In this document: positions 39,964-50,003 of the stretch, piece by piece
Layout: every line of letters starts with the position of its first letter
How positions within the stretch are numbered: position 1 is the first letter of the stretch
NCBI GenBank assembly: GCA_963693055.1
Contig: OY843751.1
Span: forward strand, 4,256,001-4,320,000
Length of the DNA stretch: 64,000 nt
DNA from: a bacterium
Lineage (GTDB): Bacteria; Zhuqueibacterota; Zhuqueibacteria; Residuimicrobiales; Krinioviventaceae
Direction of reading: 5' to 3'
The notes under the pieces: model-generated
Told to the model about the DNA's origin: nothing
Seen by the model: the letters and a program-made list of their open reading frames with translations, nothing else
Databases searched by the model: none
Program-made: the position numbers and the translations under genes

Positions 39964-42900
39964 CTATTTCAACTTGGCCATTTTTTCAATTTGTTCTATA
40001 CTTTTTTCGCCCTGCTTTGCCCGAATACGTAAATAATACACGCCATTGGCAACCTCACGACCCTCTTCATCCAGTCCGTCCCAGTCATGCTCTACATAAC
40101 CTGAAATATCCACAAACTCGAACGATCGTATCAACCGTCCCGATACGGTATAAATATCTAGCTTTACTTCATCGGCAATATCTGCCAGAGTAAATGCAAT
40201 TACAGTTTCATCTATAAAAGGATTGGGATGATTTGCAATAGATTCCAATCCAAACTCACTTGCAACAGAAAACTGGATCTGTACCGTATTGATGTTGCCG
40301 TTCAAATCCGTTGCTTCTACCTGAAGTGTATGATCTCCCGCTGTAAGATCAGGGATAAACGTAGCAGTAACCTGTCGTTTCTGTTCAGGATTCTGATACA
40401 GCGTCACCTTTTCATCCTCAACCGTCTGGTTATCCAGACTCAAAGTTACCGGTACAGTTCCTACATCAAATCCACTTGAATCCTGCACACTAATGGTAAA
40501 TACCGGATTCCGGCCAACAACATCGCCATCAGCAAAGTTCTGTCCTTCTACACCTACCTGTATCGAGGGTGCTTCACCATCTCCGGAGCCCATCAAACTA
40601 AAAATAGTATATCCCTGGGGTAACTCGCCCACAACAACACTTTCCTGTGTTTTAATGGTGCTTTCCACACCTTTCCAAGTTTGAGTAGCAGGATTCCAAA
40701 AGTAAATCTTTAATGCGTTCAAAGCGAGATAATATGCTGTCAGAGAATCCTGACTGTCATAAAAAACTGCAGTTTCCATGGCTTGTTGCAACTGTATTGT
40801 AGAATCCGCAAAGCATATTTGCATTGCAGACCAAACCGTATCACCCGGTGCATTAACAGGTGCCAAACCGGCCTGGATTGCGCTGGTAAGCATGGCTTCA
40901 TCGTCATTCATCACAAATTTAATGGATGAAGTTTTGGTTAATCCATTGCTCGGAATCTTTATATAATATCGTCTGCTATCATCGTACAACTCGCCCTGTG
41001 TTCCACTGGTACGGGACACAATACCCGTAACAGATGTAACACGGTTATTTCGTTCATCCGATTCAGGGACTGCTTCCGCTTCATCAACAATACATACCAG
41101 GTTATGCCTGCCCGAAGTTGGATTATTCCAGACAAAGGCGACCTCAGTCTCTCCTTTTCCATCCAAACCAGCTACATTCAACGTGTCACCAATAGCCACA
41201 TTACTGGTATCGGTTCGTTCGTACAAATTAACTGAAAATGGGCCACAATCCTGAATACCCCTGTTTTTTATAGTCACATATACAAATGTTTGCTGATCAC
41301 CATATACTCTGAATGATTCGGAATCTGCATACAAATCAGGTCGATAAGCCACCTGAATTTCTTTGGTCTCGCTTATTTGCCGGGTTTGCAGTCCGGTTCG
41401 GGCATGTACATCATAATAAAGCAAGGTGCCCTCGGCAAAAGTCAGGGTTGTATCAAGCTTCCAATAACCGGAACTCTGCTCTATCATTCCCAAATAATTC
41501 CAATTTTCAGCATCATTAGACCAGCGGACCATCATGGAATCAACCTGCCCCAGTGTAGCAGTTAAATCTGCCCGATTGATATTAGCTACAATAAAAAAGG
41601 ATTGATTGTGCAAGGGTTGTTCAGGAAATGTATACAGTGCAGAAACATAGGGACGTCCTACGCTGAACGTTGTAAATCCTGCGGCTTCATTACTATTGTT
41701 GTTAAAATAAACGCGTACCCTGCCATTTCCACCATTTTCACCCCATGCTTTACGAACATTCGCATTGAGATTGAGAACAGAACTATTAAAGGCTCCGTTC
41801 TGCATTGGAATTGTAGTTTCAGCAAGCAGCGAATCAAAATCATTATGCACGGTCAGGGTTACATTACCGCTGCTGTATCTGGGAACACTGCCGGAAACCA
41901 CAAGGTCCTGATTGTTTAACAATGTGTTGCTGGAAAGCTGCACATTAGCTGTATTATCCGGGATATATAGCGTCAGTGCCGGATCGCCCAGCAAATTATA
42001 ACTTTTAACATGGTCCCAAAATCCCTGGGTTTGTTTGATCATTTCCAGTTTTCCAAGCGTGGAAACCTGGCCATAAGTTCTCACATTCTGTTCAAACAGC
42101 GCAGTAAATATAGCATTATTGAGATAATAATCTCCCTGCAAAAACGCACGCCCGGAAGATCCAAAACTGCCCACAATGCCCTTGTCCTGTGCGGCAAGCA
42201 GTTCTTCAGCAAGTGAGGGAGAATCAGGATTATCAAAATGCCCGATAAAACATGTCAGACTGAAAACAAAGGGATATTTATTATGGTTAGAAAGTCTTTC
42301 AATATCTTCTATCTGGAACAGTTCAGCATCAGAGAATACACCACCACCTCCGTGTCCCACAAAATTGAGGATAGATTGCCCGCTGTTGATATAATTGGCA
42401 ACATCTTCGGTACTGCCAAAGTACCGTGACGTATCAATGGTTGCTACCCAATCTGTTATCATGTATCCGGGAACATATTGTTTATATAAATGTCTTGCAC
42501 TGGCTTCAAAATAGGGTTCAACACCGGTTAGCAGCAAAAGATGTCTGCGCCATTCGGCTGGCGTATATTCAGCTTCATGTGCAATCGTTTTTGAGATCAT
42601 GATCTCAGCTTGTTCGGGCGAATTGACAGGCAAACGTCCCAGGAACAGATCCGGCAGATCATCATCACCAATAATAGATGCAAGATAATTATCGCTCGAA
42701 CTCATGCCCCAGGTCTGGGTATATTCCATAAATGTAGGGACAAACGAGGGCAAATTCTCATCCCGCGCGATTTGCTTGTCCAATTTGTGGGTGGTATCAC
42801 CCAATAATAGTACATACAATGGCGATGGTTTTTGCCAGTTTTGATATGCGTATTGCAGAAATTTCTTAATAGCACGGGGATCATGCAAGCCATCACTAAA

Positions 42901-44802
42901 ATCATCAAACACATGCTGAATATCAACAACTTTACTGCGCATACCTTTAGCAGTACGGTGCGCGGCAAGTACCTGTGCTTGCTCCATGAAATCGGCATGA
43001 CTGATGATGATATAATCCGCACCATTACTGCGGCTCAGCAATCCGGATTCTGTTGCTTCGGTGATAGACACAACCGATTTTAGACCTTCTTCTGTAGCAG
43101 CATAAAAGGTCTTGGGTGTAGCGTTATTGTCTGAGAAATAAAAACTGTATGTATCATCAATCCGTCGGGATTTAATATCAGTAATCCGTGTACCTGTATT
43201 TGTGAAAAGAAACAGATCAGAACCGGTAAAACCATCAAGCCTGAACATATCACGGGTTTGGGTGCGGTTCATAAATACAAGGGAATCGTTCGTGGCTTTT
43301 AATTTCTGTTTAAATTCAATATTGACCCAGTTTAAATAAATACGGTCCAGCAAAACACCCTCAAGATCGCCCGGTAAATTAAACGAAACCGTATTTCCTG
43401 CATCATTCCCCCCCAGATATAATTCACCCGAATTAAACACAAAAGGTTCCTGATTGTCCCAGATCACTTCGTCAATGATCTCCTGGTTGAATTTAACCAA
43501 AACATGATGATCGGGCGCTACAGATGTGTGAGTAAGTCCCTGAAATGCCGCCCGTATCCTGACTGGCCCTGCTTCCGGCATTCCCGGACCGGGAATATCT
43601 ATGTCATACTCTTGACCGTCTTCCATCAACTTCCACAACCAGTGGTCCTCATCCTGTAAGGGCATAGATACCAAGCGGTCATACAATAAATCTTTTTCAA
43701 GATGTATGGATACCAGACTGGTATTCAATGTATCCGGAGAACTGGCTCCCGATGCACCGGTTACCTGCGCAAAACGCGCTCCGTTACCGCTGCCCCAGGT
43801 CAGCCAGTATACATTGGTCTCCGAGAAAAGAGAAAAGTAGGTATCGTCACCGTGATTGTGCTCACCAATGAAAAAGATACGGTCCTCTGCATTAAATTCC
43901 CCATCCGCATCCCCTTCAACTGAAATAGGAACAACGCTACCACGATTGTACATAGTTAACGTAGAAACCGCAATGGTATTCAAATCCGCTCCGGCGTCTG
44001 CCAGTTGTTGACCGGTGACAGCATAAACTCCATCCTGTTCAACACCTAGCTTGAAACGATAAGGTGCATTGATCGCTGTGGTTTTATTGAGTGGGGAATT
44101 GTTTACAATTCTGCCCCGCCACTTGCGGCTTGTATCATAATTTGATAGGATCTGCTTGTATAAATTTTCTGATTTTTCATCGCTACCCAGGCTGGCTTGG
44201 GTCACTGCCAATTCATTCTTTTTACCACTCGAAGAAAATGTAATCTCGATGGTCATAGAACGTGTAATGTGCATCAAACCTGCATTTGCCTGGTAACGGA
44301 CAGGATGCAGTTCAACCTGCAAAATTCGTTGTTCCCTGAAAAATCCTTCAACGCCCAGCATTGCCGATATTTCGGGATAAAGTGCGGCAGGGATAACCCG
44401 TGTTTTATCAAACACACTCGTTTCCGCATCAGGCCGGATAACCAGCTCGGGATTCTGGATCTCACGTGTATCGGTTTGTTCCTGAATAATACGTAAAGTG
44501 GGAGTACCTTGTAACGGAATTCCTAATGACAATGCGGTTACCGGCAGGCGTGGAAGCCCCTCTATATCCGTATACGCGCAATCTGAAAAGGAAATCTCGC
44601 TGTACCAGGTATTTTCTACCTTTTTTTCAATTACATTAATGGAATCAAAAACAATATTGCAGCGTATCCGATTCGCTGTATTTTCAATGGTTTCCACAGT
44701 AATTGCAAACGATTGGGCCGTCCAAAAAAGCAACAGCCCAAACACAACAAATACAGTAGGTTGCAGTAACGCAAACTGTGTCGGCTTTTTTAATATTTGC
44801 AT
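39964..44802 (-). CDS. Peptidase C25 (gingipain/PorU-like) with propeptide, CARDB/Ig domains and FlgD-type C-terminal domain
   Basis: GLPRLP propeptide, DYIIISH, YVLLLGD, LGRLPV, catalytic NFVGHGG and LTCFIG, YNLLGDPA, ESDERNN (CARDB), NHPNPF..WDG..NGVYYLRI. Confidence 0.9.
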   Translation of the reverse strand: MQILKKPTQFALLQPTVFVVFGLLLFWTAQSFAITVETIENTANRIRCNIVFDSINVIEKKVENTWYSEISFSDCAYTDIEGLPRLPVTALSLGIPLQGTPTLRIIQEQTDTREIQNPELVIRPDAETSVFDKTRVIPAALYPEISAMLGVEGFFREQRILQVELHPVRYQANAGLMHITRSMTIEITFSSSGKKNELAVTQASLGSDEKSENLYKQILSNYDTSRKWRGRIVNNSPLNKTTAINAPYRFKLGVEQDGVYAVTGQQLADAGADLNTIAVSTLTMYNRGSVVPISVEGDADGEFNAEDRIFFIGEHNHGDDTYFSLFSETNVYWLTWGSGNGARFAQVTGASGASSPDTLNTSLVSIHLEKDLLYDRLVSMPLQDEDHWLWKLMEDGQEYDIDIPGPGMPEAGPVRIRAAFQGLTHTSVAPDHHVLVKFNQEIIDEVIWDNQEPFVFNSGELYLGGNDAGNTVSFNLPGDLEGVLLDRIYLNWVNIEFKQKLKATNDSLVFMNRTQTRDMFRLDGFTGSDLFLFTNTGTRITDIKSRRIDDTYSFYFSDNNATPKTFYAATEEGLKSVVSITEATESGLLSRSNGADYIIISHADFMEQAQVLAAHRTAKGMRSKVVDIQHVFDDFSDGLHDPRAIKKFLQYAYQNWQKPSPLYVLLLGDTTHKLDKQIARDENLPSFVPTFMEYTQTWGMSSSDNYLASIIGDDDLPDLFLGRLPVNSPEQAEIMISKTIAHEAEYTPAEWRRHLLLLTGVEPYFEASARHLYKQYVPGYMITDWVATIDTSRYFGSTEDVANYINSGQSILNFVGHGGGGVFSDAELFQIEDIERLSNHNKYPFVFSLTCFIGHFDNPDSPSLAEELLAAQDKGIVGSFGSSGRAFLQGDYYLNNAIFTALFEQNVRTYGQVSTLGKLEMIKQTQGFWDHVKSYNLLGDPALTLYIPDNTANVQLSSNTLLNNQDLVVSGSVPRYSSGNVTLTVHNDFDSLLAETTIPMQNGAFNSSVLNLNANVRKAWGENGGNGRVRVYFNNNSNEAAGFTTFSVGRPYVSALYTFPEQPLHNQSFFIVANINRADLTATLGQVDSMMVRWSNDAENWNYLGMIEQSSGYWKLDTTLTFAEGTLLYYDVHARTGLQTRQISETKEIQVAYRPDLYADSESFRVYGDQQTFVYVTIKNRGIQDCGPFSVNLYERTDTSNVAIGDTLNVAGLDGKGETEVAFVWNNPTSGRHNLVCIVDEAEAVPESDERNNRVTSVTGIVSRTSGTQGELYDDSRRYYIKIPSNGLTKTSSIKFVMNDDEAMLTSAIQAGLAPVNAPGDTVWSAMQICFADSTIQLQQAMETAVFYDSQDSLTAYYLALNALKIYFWNPATQTWKGVESTIKTQESVVVGELPQGYTIFSLMGSGDGEAPSIQVGVEGQNFADGDVVGRNPVFTISVQDSSGFDVGTVPVTLSLDNQTVEDEKVTLYQNPEQKRQVTATFIPDLTAGDHTLQVEATDLNGNINTVQIQFSVASEFGLESIANHPNPFIDETVIAFTLADIADEVKLDIYTVSGRLIRSFEFVDISGYVEHDWDGLDEEGREVANGVYYLRIRAKQGEKSIEQIEKMAKLK

Positions 44803-44824
44803 AAAATAAAAATTTTTAACGATT

Positions 44825-45103
44825 CTATTTATCTTCTGATGGATCCTGATTTTGTTGATTATTAGAAAGCAATTCTAATACCAAATCTGACAATTTGTGA
44901 GAATAATATTTCACCCGGGATAATAATTCTTTTTCTTCTTCATCCAGCTTGTCTTCGACTTCATCTGATAAAATAGCAAGATATCCCAACAATCCATGAG
45001 AAATAGAACGGATCTCATGGTTCATCTTTTTTCTGTTTTCATCTTTTGGGCCTGTTTCATCTTGTTCAACAGGTACTTTTTTCTTGTATTCTAATTCATC
45101 CAC
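44825..45103 (-). CDS. Small HisKA-like (DHp-only) protein
   Basis: GTG start with a strong GGAGGTG RBS; NHEIRSISHGLLGYLAIL followed by a second helix; no ATPase domain. Confidence 0.6.
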   Translation of the reverse strand: MDELEYKKKVPVEQDETGPKDENRKKMNHEIRSISHGLLGYLAILSDEVEDKLDEEEKELLSRVKYYSHKLSDLVLELLSNNQQNQDPSEDK

Positions 45104-45157
45104 GTATCATCACCTCCGCCTCCCGGAAAGCACACCTCCCAAAGAAGCCATATACAG

Positions 45158-46405
45158 CTAAACATTTCTCTGAACAATTCTGTTCCTGAATTTATCAATT
45201 GCATATGCCGCACAGACCATAAACAAAGCATCTATGGGCAGCCTGAATCTGACTTTGGAAATAAATACTGCATGTAACAAAGTAAAAAAAACTGCATACA
45301 AAAGCCACAAATTAAACTGGGTTCGCACATCAGTGCCGGAAAAGAAATATCCCACCAATGCAAGCACAAACAAAGGCCCCACAGTGAACAAACTGGCAAG
45401 ATTTACCAGTGTATTCGAGTCTGTATCCGTCTCGGTACTGGGCGATGGCGTTAAACGCCAAAATCCTGCGGCCTTTTTAATTGTTAACAATAGAAAACGT
45501 CCCGGTTCCGTCTTGATATATTGCAACGCCCTGAGACGATAAATCCGCTCTTTGCCGGGCTCTGTTGTAATAGCATCAATTGCGGATTGCATTTCCGCCG
45601 GCATTTCAATATCGCTGCCGGTGTTCATATTTGCATGTTCGTTATTGCCCAGCCACAAATTACGATACCCATTCGTGCTAATCGAAAATGTACCAATCTG
45701 TGCCGAATTCCTTGCCATCCACGGTATTACAACCAGCATGGCCGCAAACGTTATAACGGCTATACGGCTCTTTTTTTTAGGCAAAGGACGAATAAACAGG
45801 GCCATCCAGATTATAACAGCCGCAAGTATAACTGCACCCGAAGGCCTGATCAGCGTCAATATACCGAATGAAACTCCACAAATCAGCCATACAATGAGCC
45901 GTTCATCCTTGACCGATATATGCGCAAGCAGGGTTGCTGTCAGCAGCATTGTGGTAAACAATGTTGTTGCCAGTACCACTGAAGGCATATACAAATAATA
46001 AGGATATATTGCAGACAATACCGCTGCAATCAAACCGGTTTTAACATCCACAAGCGTTTTACCCAACACAAAAACCAGCCAGATCATCAATGTGCCCAGT
46101 AAAACATTCAGCACTTTGAATCCCACAACCGATTTTATACCCGCCAATACTCCCAAAGCCATAAATGCAGGATACCCCGGCGCCCTGAATGCTGTAGTCA
46201 CACCCTGTGTGTCAACAAAACCTTTGCCCTGGGCAATGTTTTGTGCCAGATTCAGATAATCTTGTTCATCCTCCCAACCGATATGACTGCCGCTTTGCAC
46301 CGCAACACCCAGCCTCAACAAAAAGCCAACAGCCATCACAATCACCAATAAACGTCCGGGGTTATGTAAACGCTTTTTACTCACTGTATTTGAACATCCC
46401 TTCAC
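45158..46405 (-). CDS. ArnT/PMT-like GT-C membrane glycosyltransferase
   Basis: DEQDY..LA.NI..G.GF, RAPGYP, LIRP, PWMARN, RFRLP; many TM helices. True start possibly the GTG at 46384. Confidence 0.85.
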   Translation of the reverse strand: MKGCSNTVSKKRLHNPGRLLVIVMAVGFLLRLGVAVQSGSHIGWEDEQDYLNLAQNIAQGKGFVDTQGVTTAFRAPGYPAFMALGVLAGIKSVVGFKVLNVLLGTLMIWLVFVLGKTLVDVKTGLIAAVLSAIYPYYLYMPSVVLATTLFTTMLLTATLLAHISVKDERLIVWLICGVSFGILTLIRPSGAVILAAVIIWMALFIRPLPKKKSRIAVITFAAMLVVIPWMARNSAQIGTFSISTNGYRNLWLGNNEHANMNTGSDIEMPAEMQSAIDAITTEPGKERIYRLRALQYIKTEPGRFLLLTIKKAAGFWRLTPSPSTETDTDSNTLVNLASLFTVGPLFVLALVGYFFSGTDVRTQFNLWLLYAVFFTLLHAVFISKVRFRLPIDALFMVCAAYAIDKFRNRIVQRNV

Positions 46406-47390
46406 CTACAGTTCCTGCATAAATTTGGGGTGAATCACCACCACTGAACGCCACAACCTTGGTTCGGGTTGTTGGCAGTCCGGTATTCACATCCGCCCAA
46501 CTTTCACCGCCGTTTTCACTTTTTAAAATGCCTAAATTTTCAGTCGCTGCCCAGATCGTTTCAGGATCAAGGGGGTCAACAACTGTTGAAAGCACTTTGA
46601 AATCGCTCTTGTCTTTGGGAAACTGTTCCCAAAAACCACCACTGCTGGTGGTTTTATATATATCTACGGACCCGGTACTGAGATATATCGTGGTCGTCCG
46701 GGTGGGGTCAAATGTAAAGCAATTCCCCGCCAGAATACCCGTTTCACTGTTCGGATCTCCATAAATACCACTATTTACTGCCTGCCAGGTATTCCCATTA
46801 TCCGTTGTCTTGTAATTTCCCTGGTACTGCACACCAATAAACAACTCTTTGGGATTGGCAGGATTTAAGGACACTGAAATAATATTGTCTTCATCATAGG
46901 TCAACGTCCAGCTCGCTCCCTGGTCTGCGGATTTGTACAATCCGTTCTTGGATGCGGCCCATAAAAAGCCGTTGCTTCCCAATGCCAATGCATAAACACG
47001 GGGATCAAAGCTATTGTCCCAGATCGAAACCCAACTGTTGCCGCCATTACTGCTTTTAAAAACTCCTTTGCCCCAGGTGCCCAGAAAAACCAGATTACTG
47101 TTATCCGGATGCACTACCAACGCTTTGGCATCCTGACTGGTCAATCCACTATTCTTAGCTGTCCAGCTTGAACCCCCATCGTCTGTACGAAATACACCAC
47201 CAATGGTCCCAACATATAGTATTTTAGAATCAGATTGAGATGGTGCAATACACTGTATGGTTGTACTGGTTAGGCCGCTGTTAATGGCCTTCCATTCCGG
47301 GGTTGCCTCGGGGTCTGTACCATTGTCAGCACAGCCTGCAAAGAGTATCATTACAGATAATATTAATATGTATAGTAGCTTTCTCATCAT
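46377..47390 (-). CDS. Lipoprotein with a BNR/sortilin-like beta-propeller
   Basis: Lipobox FAGC; repeated (K/R)(S/T)xDxGxxW motifs. Confidence 0.82.
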   Translation of the reverse strand: MMRKLLYILILSVMILFAGCADNGTDPEATPEWKAINSGLTSTTIQCIAPSQSDSKILYVGTIGGVFRTDDGGSSWTAKNSGLTSQDAKALVVHPDNSNLVFLGTWGKGVFKSSNGGNSWVSIWDNSFDPRVYALALGSNGFLWAASKNGLYKSADQGASWTLTYDEDNIISVSLNPANPKELFIGVQYQGNYKTTDNGNTWQAVNSGIYGDPNSETGILAGNCFTFDPTRTTTIYLSTGSVDIYKTTSSGGFWEQFPKDKSDFKVLSTVVDPLDPETIWAATENLGILKSENGGESWADVNTGLPTTRTKVVAFSGGDSPQIYAGTVGEGMFKYSE

Positions 47391-47433
47391 ATCCCATTTT
47401 AGTTACAATTAACAATTCAAATATTGATCTTGC

Positions 47434-48744
47434 TCATAAACCTGCCGCTTTTTTAAACGGAATGATTCGTGCGCGCATGGTCTTGCTTTTCTTGTTCCGG
47501 TTATTGCGTTGTTTTGCAAATACATGCTCATATGCTTCAATCAAAGCCTTGTGGGTATGCGCCCAGCTCAGTTTGTTTCGCACCCGCTCGTATCCAAACT
47601 TGCCCATTTGATTTGCCTGCACAGGATTATCTAATAGATAGGCTATATGCCTTCCAAATTCTTTTATATCGTTCGGTTGCGCGTACAGTGCGGCATCATC
47701 AGCAGAATAACGGGATTCTACCAGATCAAAGCTTACAATCGGTTTTGCAAACGCCATATATTCTAAAATCTTGTTCATGGTAGAGTAATTTGACCACTCT
47801 GTTAACGGATCAGGATCTACACACACATCTGCCGATGACAGGTACCTGCACAGATCATCATCCGGCAATCTGCCGGTAAAATTAACATATGCCTGCTGCC
47901 CCATATCCTCACTCATCTTTTTAAAATCAGGTTGGGCAGGACCTCCACCAATCATAGTAAACTGTATGTCTGTACGTCCCAGTTCATCATGCATGTACTG
48001 AACGGACTTTAATAAATAATCCACACCATCCTGCGGGCACATTTCACCCAAATAACAAACCAGAAAAGGCTTTCCTTTTTTTAGTTTTTCATCCGCAGGT
48101 TGAATGCGTAATCGCGCCAAATCAGGACCGGTTCTCAATACAAAGATATCCTGTTCATTGCGCTTACCGCGCTCAATGGCTTTCTGCTTATAAGAGCGGT
48201 TGGTGGTCATAATCACATCCGCGCTTTTCAGGCTCAGTCGTTCAAGCAGCAACAATGCTTTGTATAAAAAGCCACCTTTTCGATCATACTTGGCCAGATA
48301 CATTTCCGGCGCCAAATCATGATGATCAAACACATACTTTTTACCAAAAATTTTGTAAATCAGACCCAATAAAAAGAATGTATCAGGAGGATTGCAAGCC
48401 TGGACCACATCAAATCCTTCTTTAACGAGAATCCTGACAGACAACAAAGCAGTCATGATCCATGCATACAAAAATTCAAAAATATAACCCAATAGTCCCT
48501 GGGCATCTACCGGCATAGTATAACGATATATAGAAATACCATCCAAGTGAACAAATTTTTCAGGATTTTCTTTAGACCGCGGACAGATTACAGAAACACC
48601 ATAACCATTCTCTTTGAGTTTTTGTGCTTCCAGCCACACGCGCCTGTCAAAAGGCACGGGCAGGTTTTGCACAATGATCAAAAGTTTACCGACAGAGGTC
48701 TTCATAATCCCATCCATTTTGAGTTTTGAATCTGTCTTTAGCAA
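47434..48744 (-). CDS. Glycosyltransferase family 4 (WbuB-like)
   Basis: NLPVPFDRRVW, QACNPPD, FDHHDL.PE, QDGVD, MNKILEYMA. Start may lie a few codons downstream. Confidence 0.9.
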   Translation of the reverse strand: MLKTDSKLKMDGIMKTSVGKLLIIVQNLPVPFDRRVWLEAQKLKENGYGVSVICPRSKENPEKFVHLDGISIYRYTMPVDAQGLLGYIFEFLYAWIMTALLSVRILVKEGFDVVQACNPPDTFFLLGLIYKIFGKKYVFDHHDLAPEMYLAKYDRKGGFLYKALLLLERLSLKSADVIMTTNRSYKQKAIERGKRNEQDIFVLRTGPDLARLRIQPADEKLKKGKPFLVCYLGEMCPQDGVDYLLKSVQYMHDELGRTDIQFTMIGGGPAQPDFKKMSEDMGQQAYVNFTGRLPDDDLCRYLSSADVCVDPDPLTEWSNYSTMNKILEYMAFAKPIVSFDLVESRYSADDAALYAQPNDIKEFGRHIAYLLDNPVQANQMGKFGYERVRNKLSWAHTHKALIEAYEHVFAKQRNNRNKKSKTMRARIIPFKKAAGL

Positions 48745-50002
48745 TTCCGGTCAAATCGACTATCTTAATCTCTTTACTGATCCGCTTTTCCAATCCTTCT
48801 GTATCCGTGCTTCCCAGCACCAGTACCTGGCACTGCTCAAGCAATTCAGTTTCTGATTTCACTAGAATAGATTTAAATAGCGGCAGCATATTGCTTAAAT
48901 ATTCTTTATTGGTTCCCATCAGGTTGGCTTTATTAACATTTTCATCATAAACCAGCACTTTGAAATGGGCATCTATCAATTTTTTAATCAAAATAACATA
49001 TGGACTTTCACGAACATCATCCGTATCGGATTTGAAACTGATCCCTCTGAATCCCACACAGGTCTTACCGGCTTGAGCAATACTGTCAAAAGCGAAATCA
49101 ATGTGACGCAAATTACTTTCTATTGTGGAATGCAGCAATGGCAAAGAGACACCATTAGACTCTCCCTTGTGGGTAATGGTCCGTAAATCCTTGGGCAAAC
49201 ATGATCCGCCAAATGCAAAACCCGGAGTCAAATATGCGGACGATAGATTAAGTTTGTTGTCATTCAGAAAAAGTTCAATCACCTTGTCTGTATCCAGTCC
49301 CAGGGATTTGCACAATCGACCAATTTCATTGGCAAAGGTCACTTTGACAGCATGAAAAGAATTGTCTACATATTTAATAAACGATGCCTCATCAATACCC
49401 GTATAAAAAATGGTATCGGTCAGGGGTTCATAAAGTTTTTCGAGCATCATTTTGCTGTGTTCATCCGTTATAGCCGCAACGGTTTTGGCAGGATGATAAA
49501 AATCATAAACGCCGCTGCCCTCACGTAAAAACTCGGGATTCACAGCAAAACCAAAATGTTCACCCGCTTTTTTCCCGGAACATGCTTCCAATGTGGGAAC
49601 AGTCAACTCTCTAACATAACCAGGCAAAATAGTGCTGCGCAATACAACGGTAACAAACTCATTCTTGTCACGCATGGCCGTTCCAATGTCCATACACACC
49701 CGTTCAACCTGTTTGTAATCAACGCCACCCCGGCCATTATCCGGTGTGCCGACACAAATCACAATCACCTCAGATTCTGCTATTGCTTCACCTGCATTCT
49801 GTGTGGCCCGCAGATTACCTTTAACAACCTGGTCTGAAATAATTCGTTCCAGCTCTTTTTCAACAATGGGTGATTGACCCTGGTTGATCATGGTCACTTT
49901 GCGAAAACTGATATCCACTCCCGTTACCTGATGCCCAACCTGCGCGAAGCAAGCCGCGGTAACACATCCGGTATATCCTAAACCAAATACACTGACTTTC
50001 AT
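48686..50002 (-). CDS. GDP-mannose/UDP-glucose 6-dehydrogenase family protein
   Basis: MKVSVFGLGYTG, CVGTP, NPEFLREG, FANE, FGGSCLPKD, DDVRESP. Confidence 0.92.
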   Translation of the reverse strand: MKVSVFGLGYTGCVTAACFAQVGHQVTGVDISFRKVTMINQGQSPIVEKELERIISDQVVKGNLRATQNAGEAIAESEVIVICVGTPDNGRGGVDYKQVERVCMDIGTAMRDKNEFVTVVLRSTILPGYVRELTVPTLEACSGKKAGEHFGFAVNPEFLREGSGVYDFYHPAKTVAAITDEHSKMMLEKLYEPLTDTIFYTGIDEASFIKYVDNSFHAVKVTFANEIGRLCKSLGLDTDKVIELFLNDNKLNLSSAYLTPGFAFGGSCLPKDLRTITHKGESNGVSLPLLHSTIESNLRHIDFAFDSIAQAGKTCVGFRGISFKSDTDDVRESPYVILIKKLIDAHFKVLVYDENVNKANLMGTNKEYLSNMLPLFKSILVKSETELLEQCQVLVLGSTDTEGLEKRISKEIKIVDLTGIAKDRFKTQNGWDYEDLCR

Positions 50003-50003
50003 C

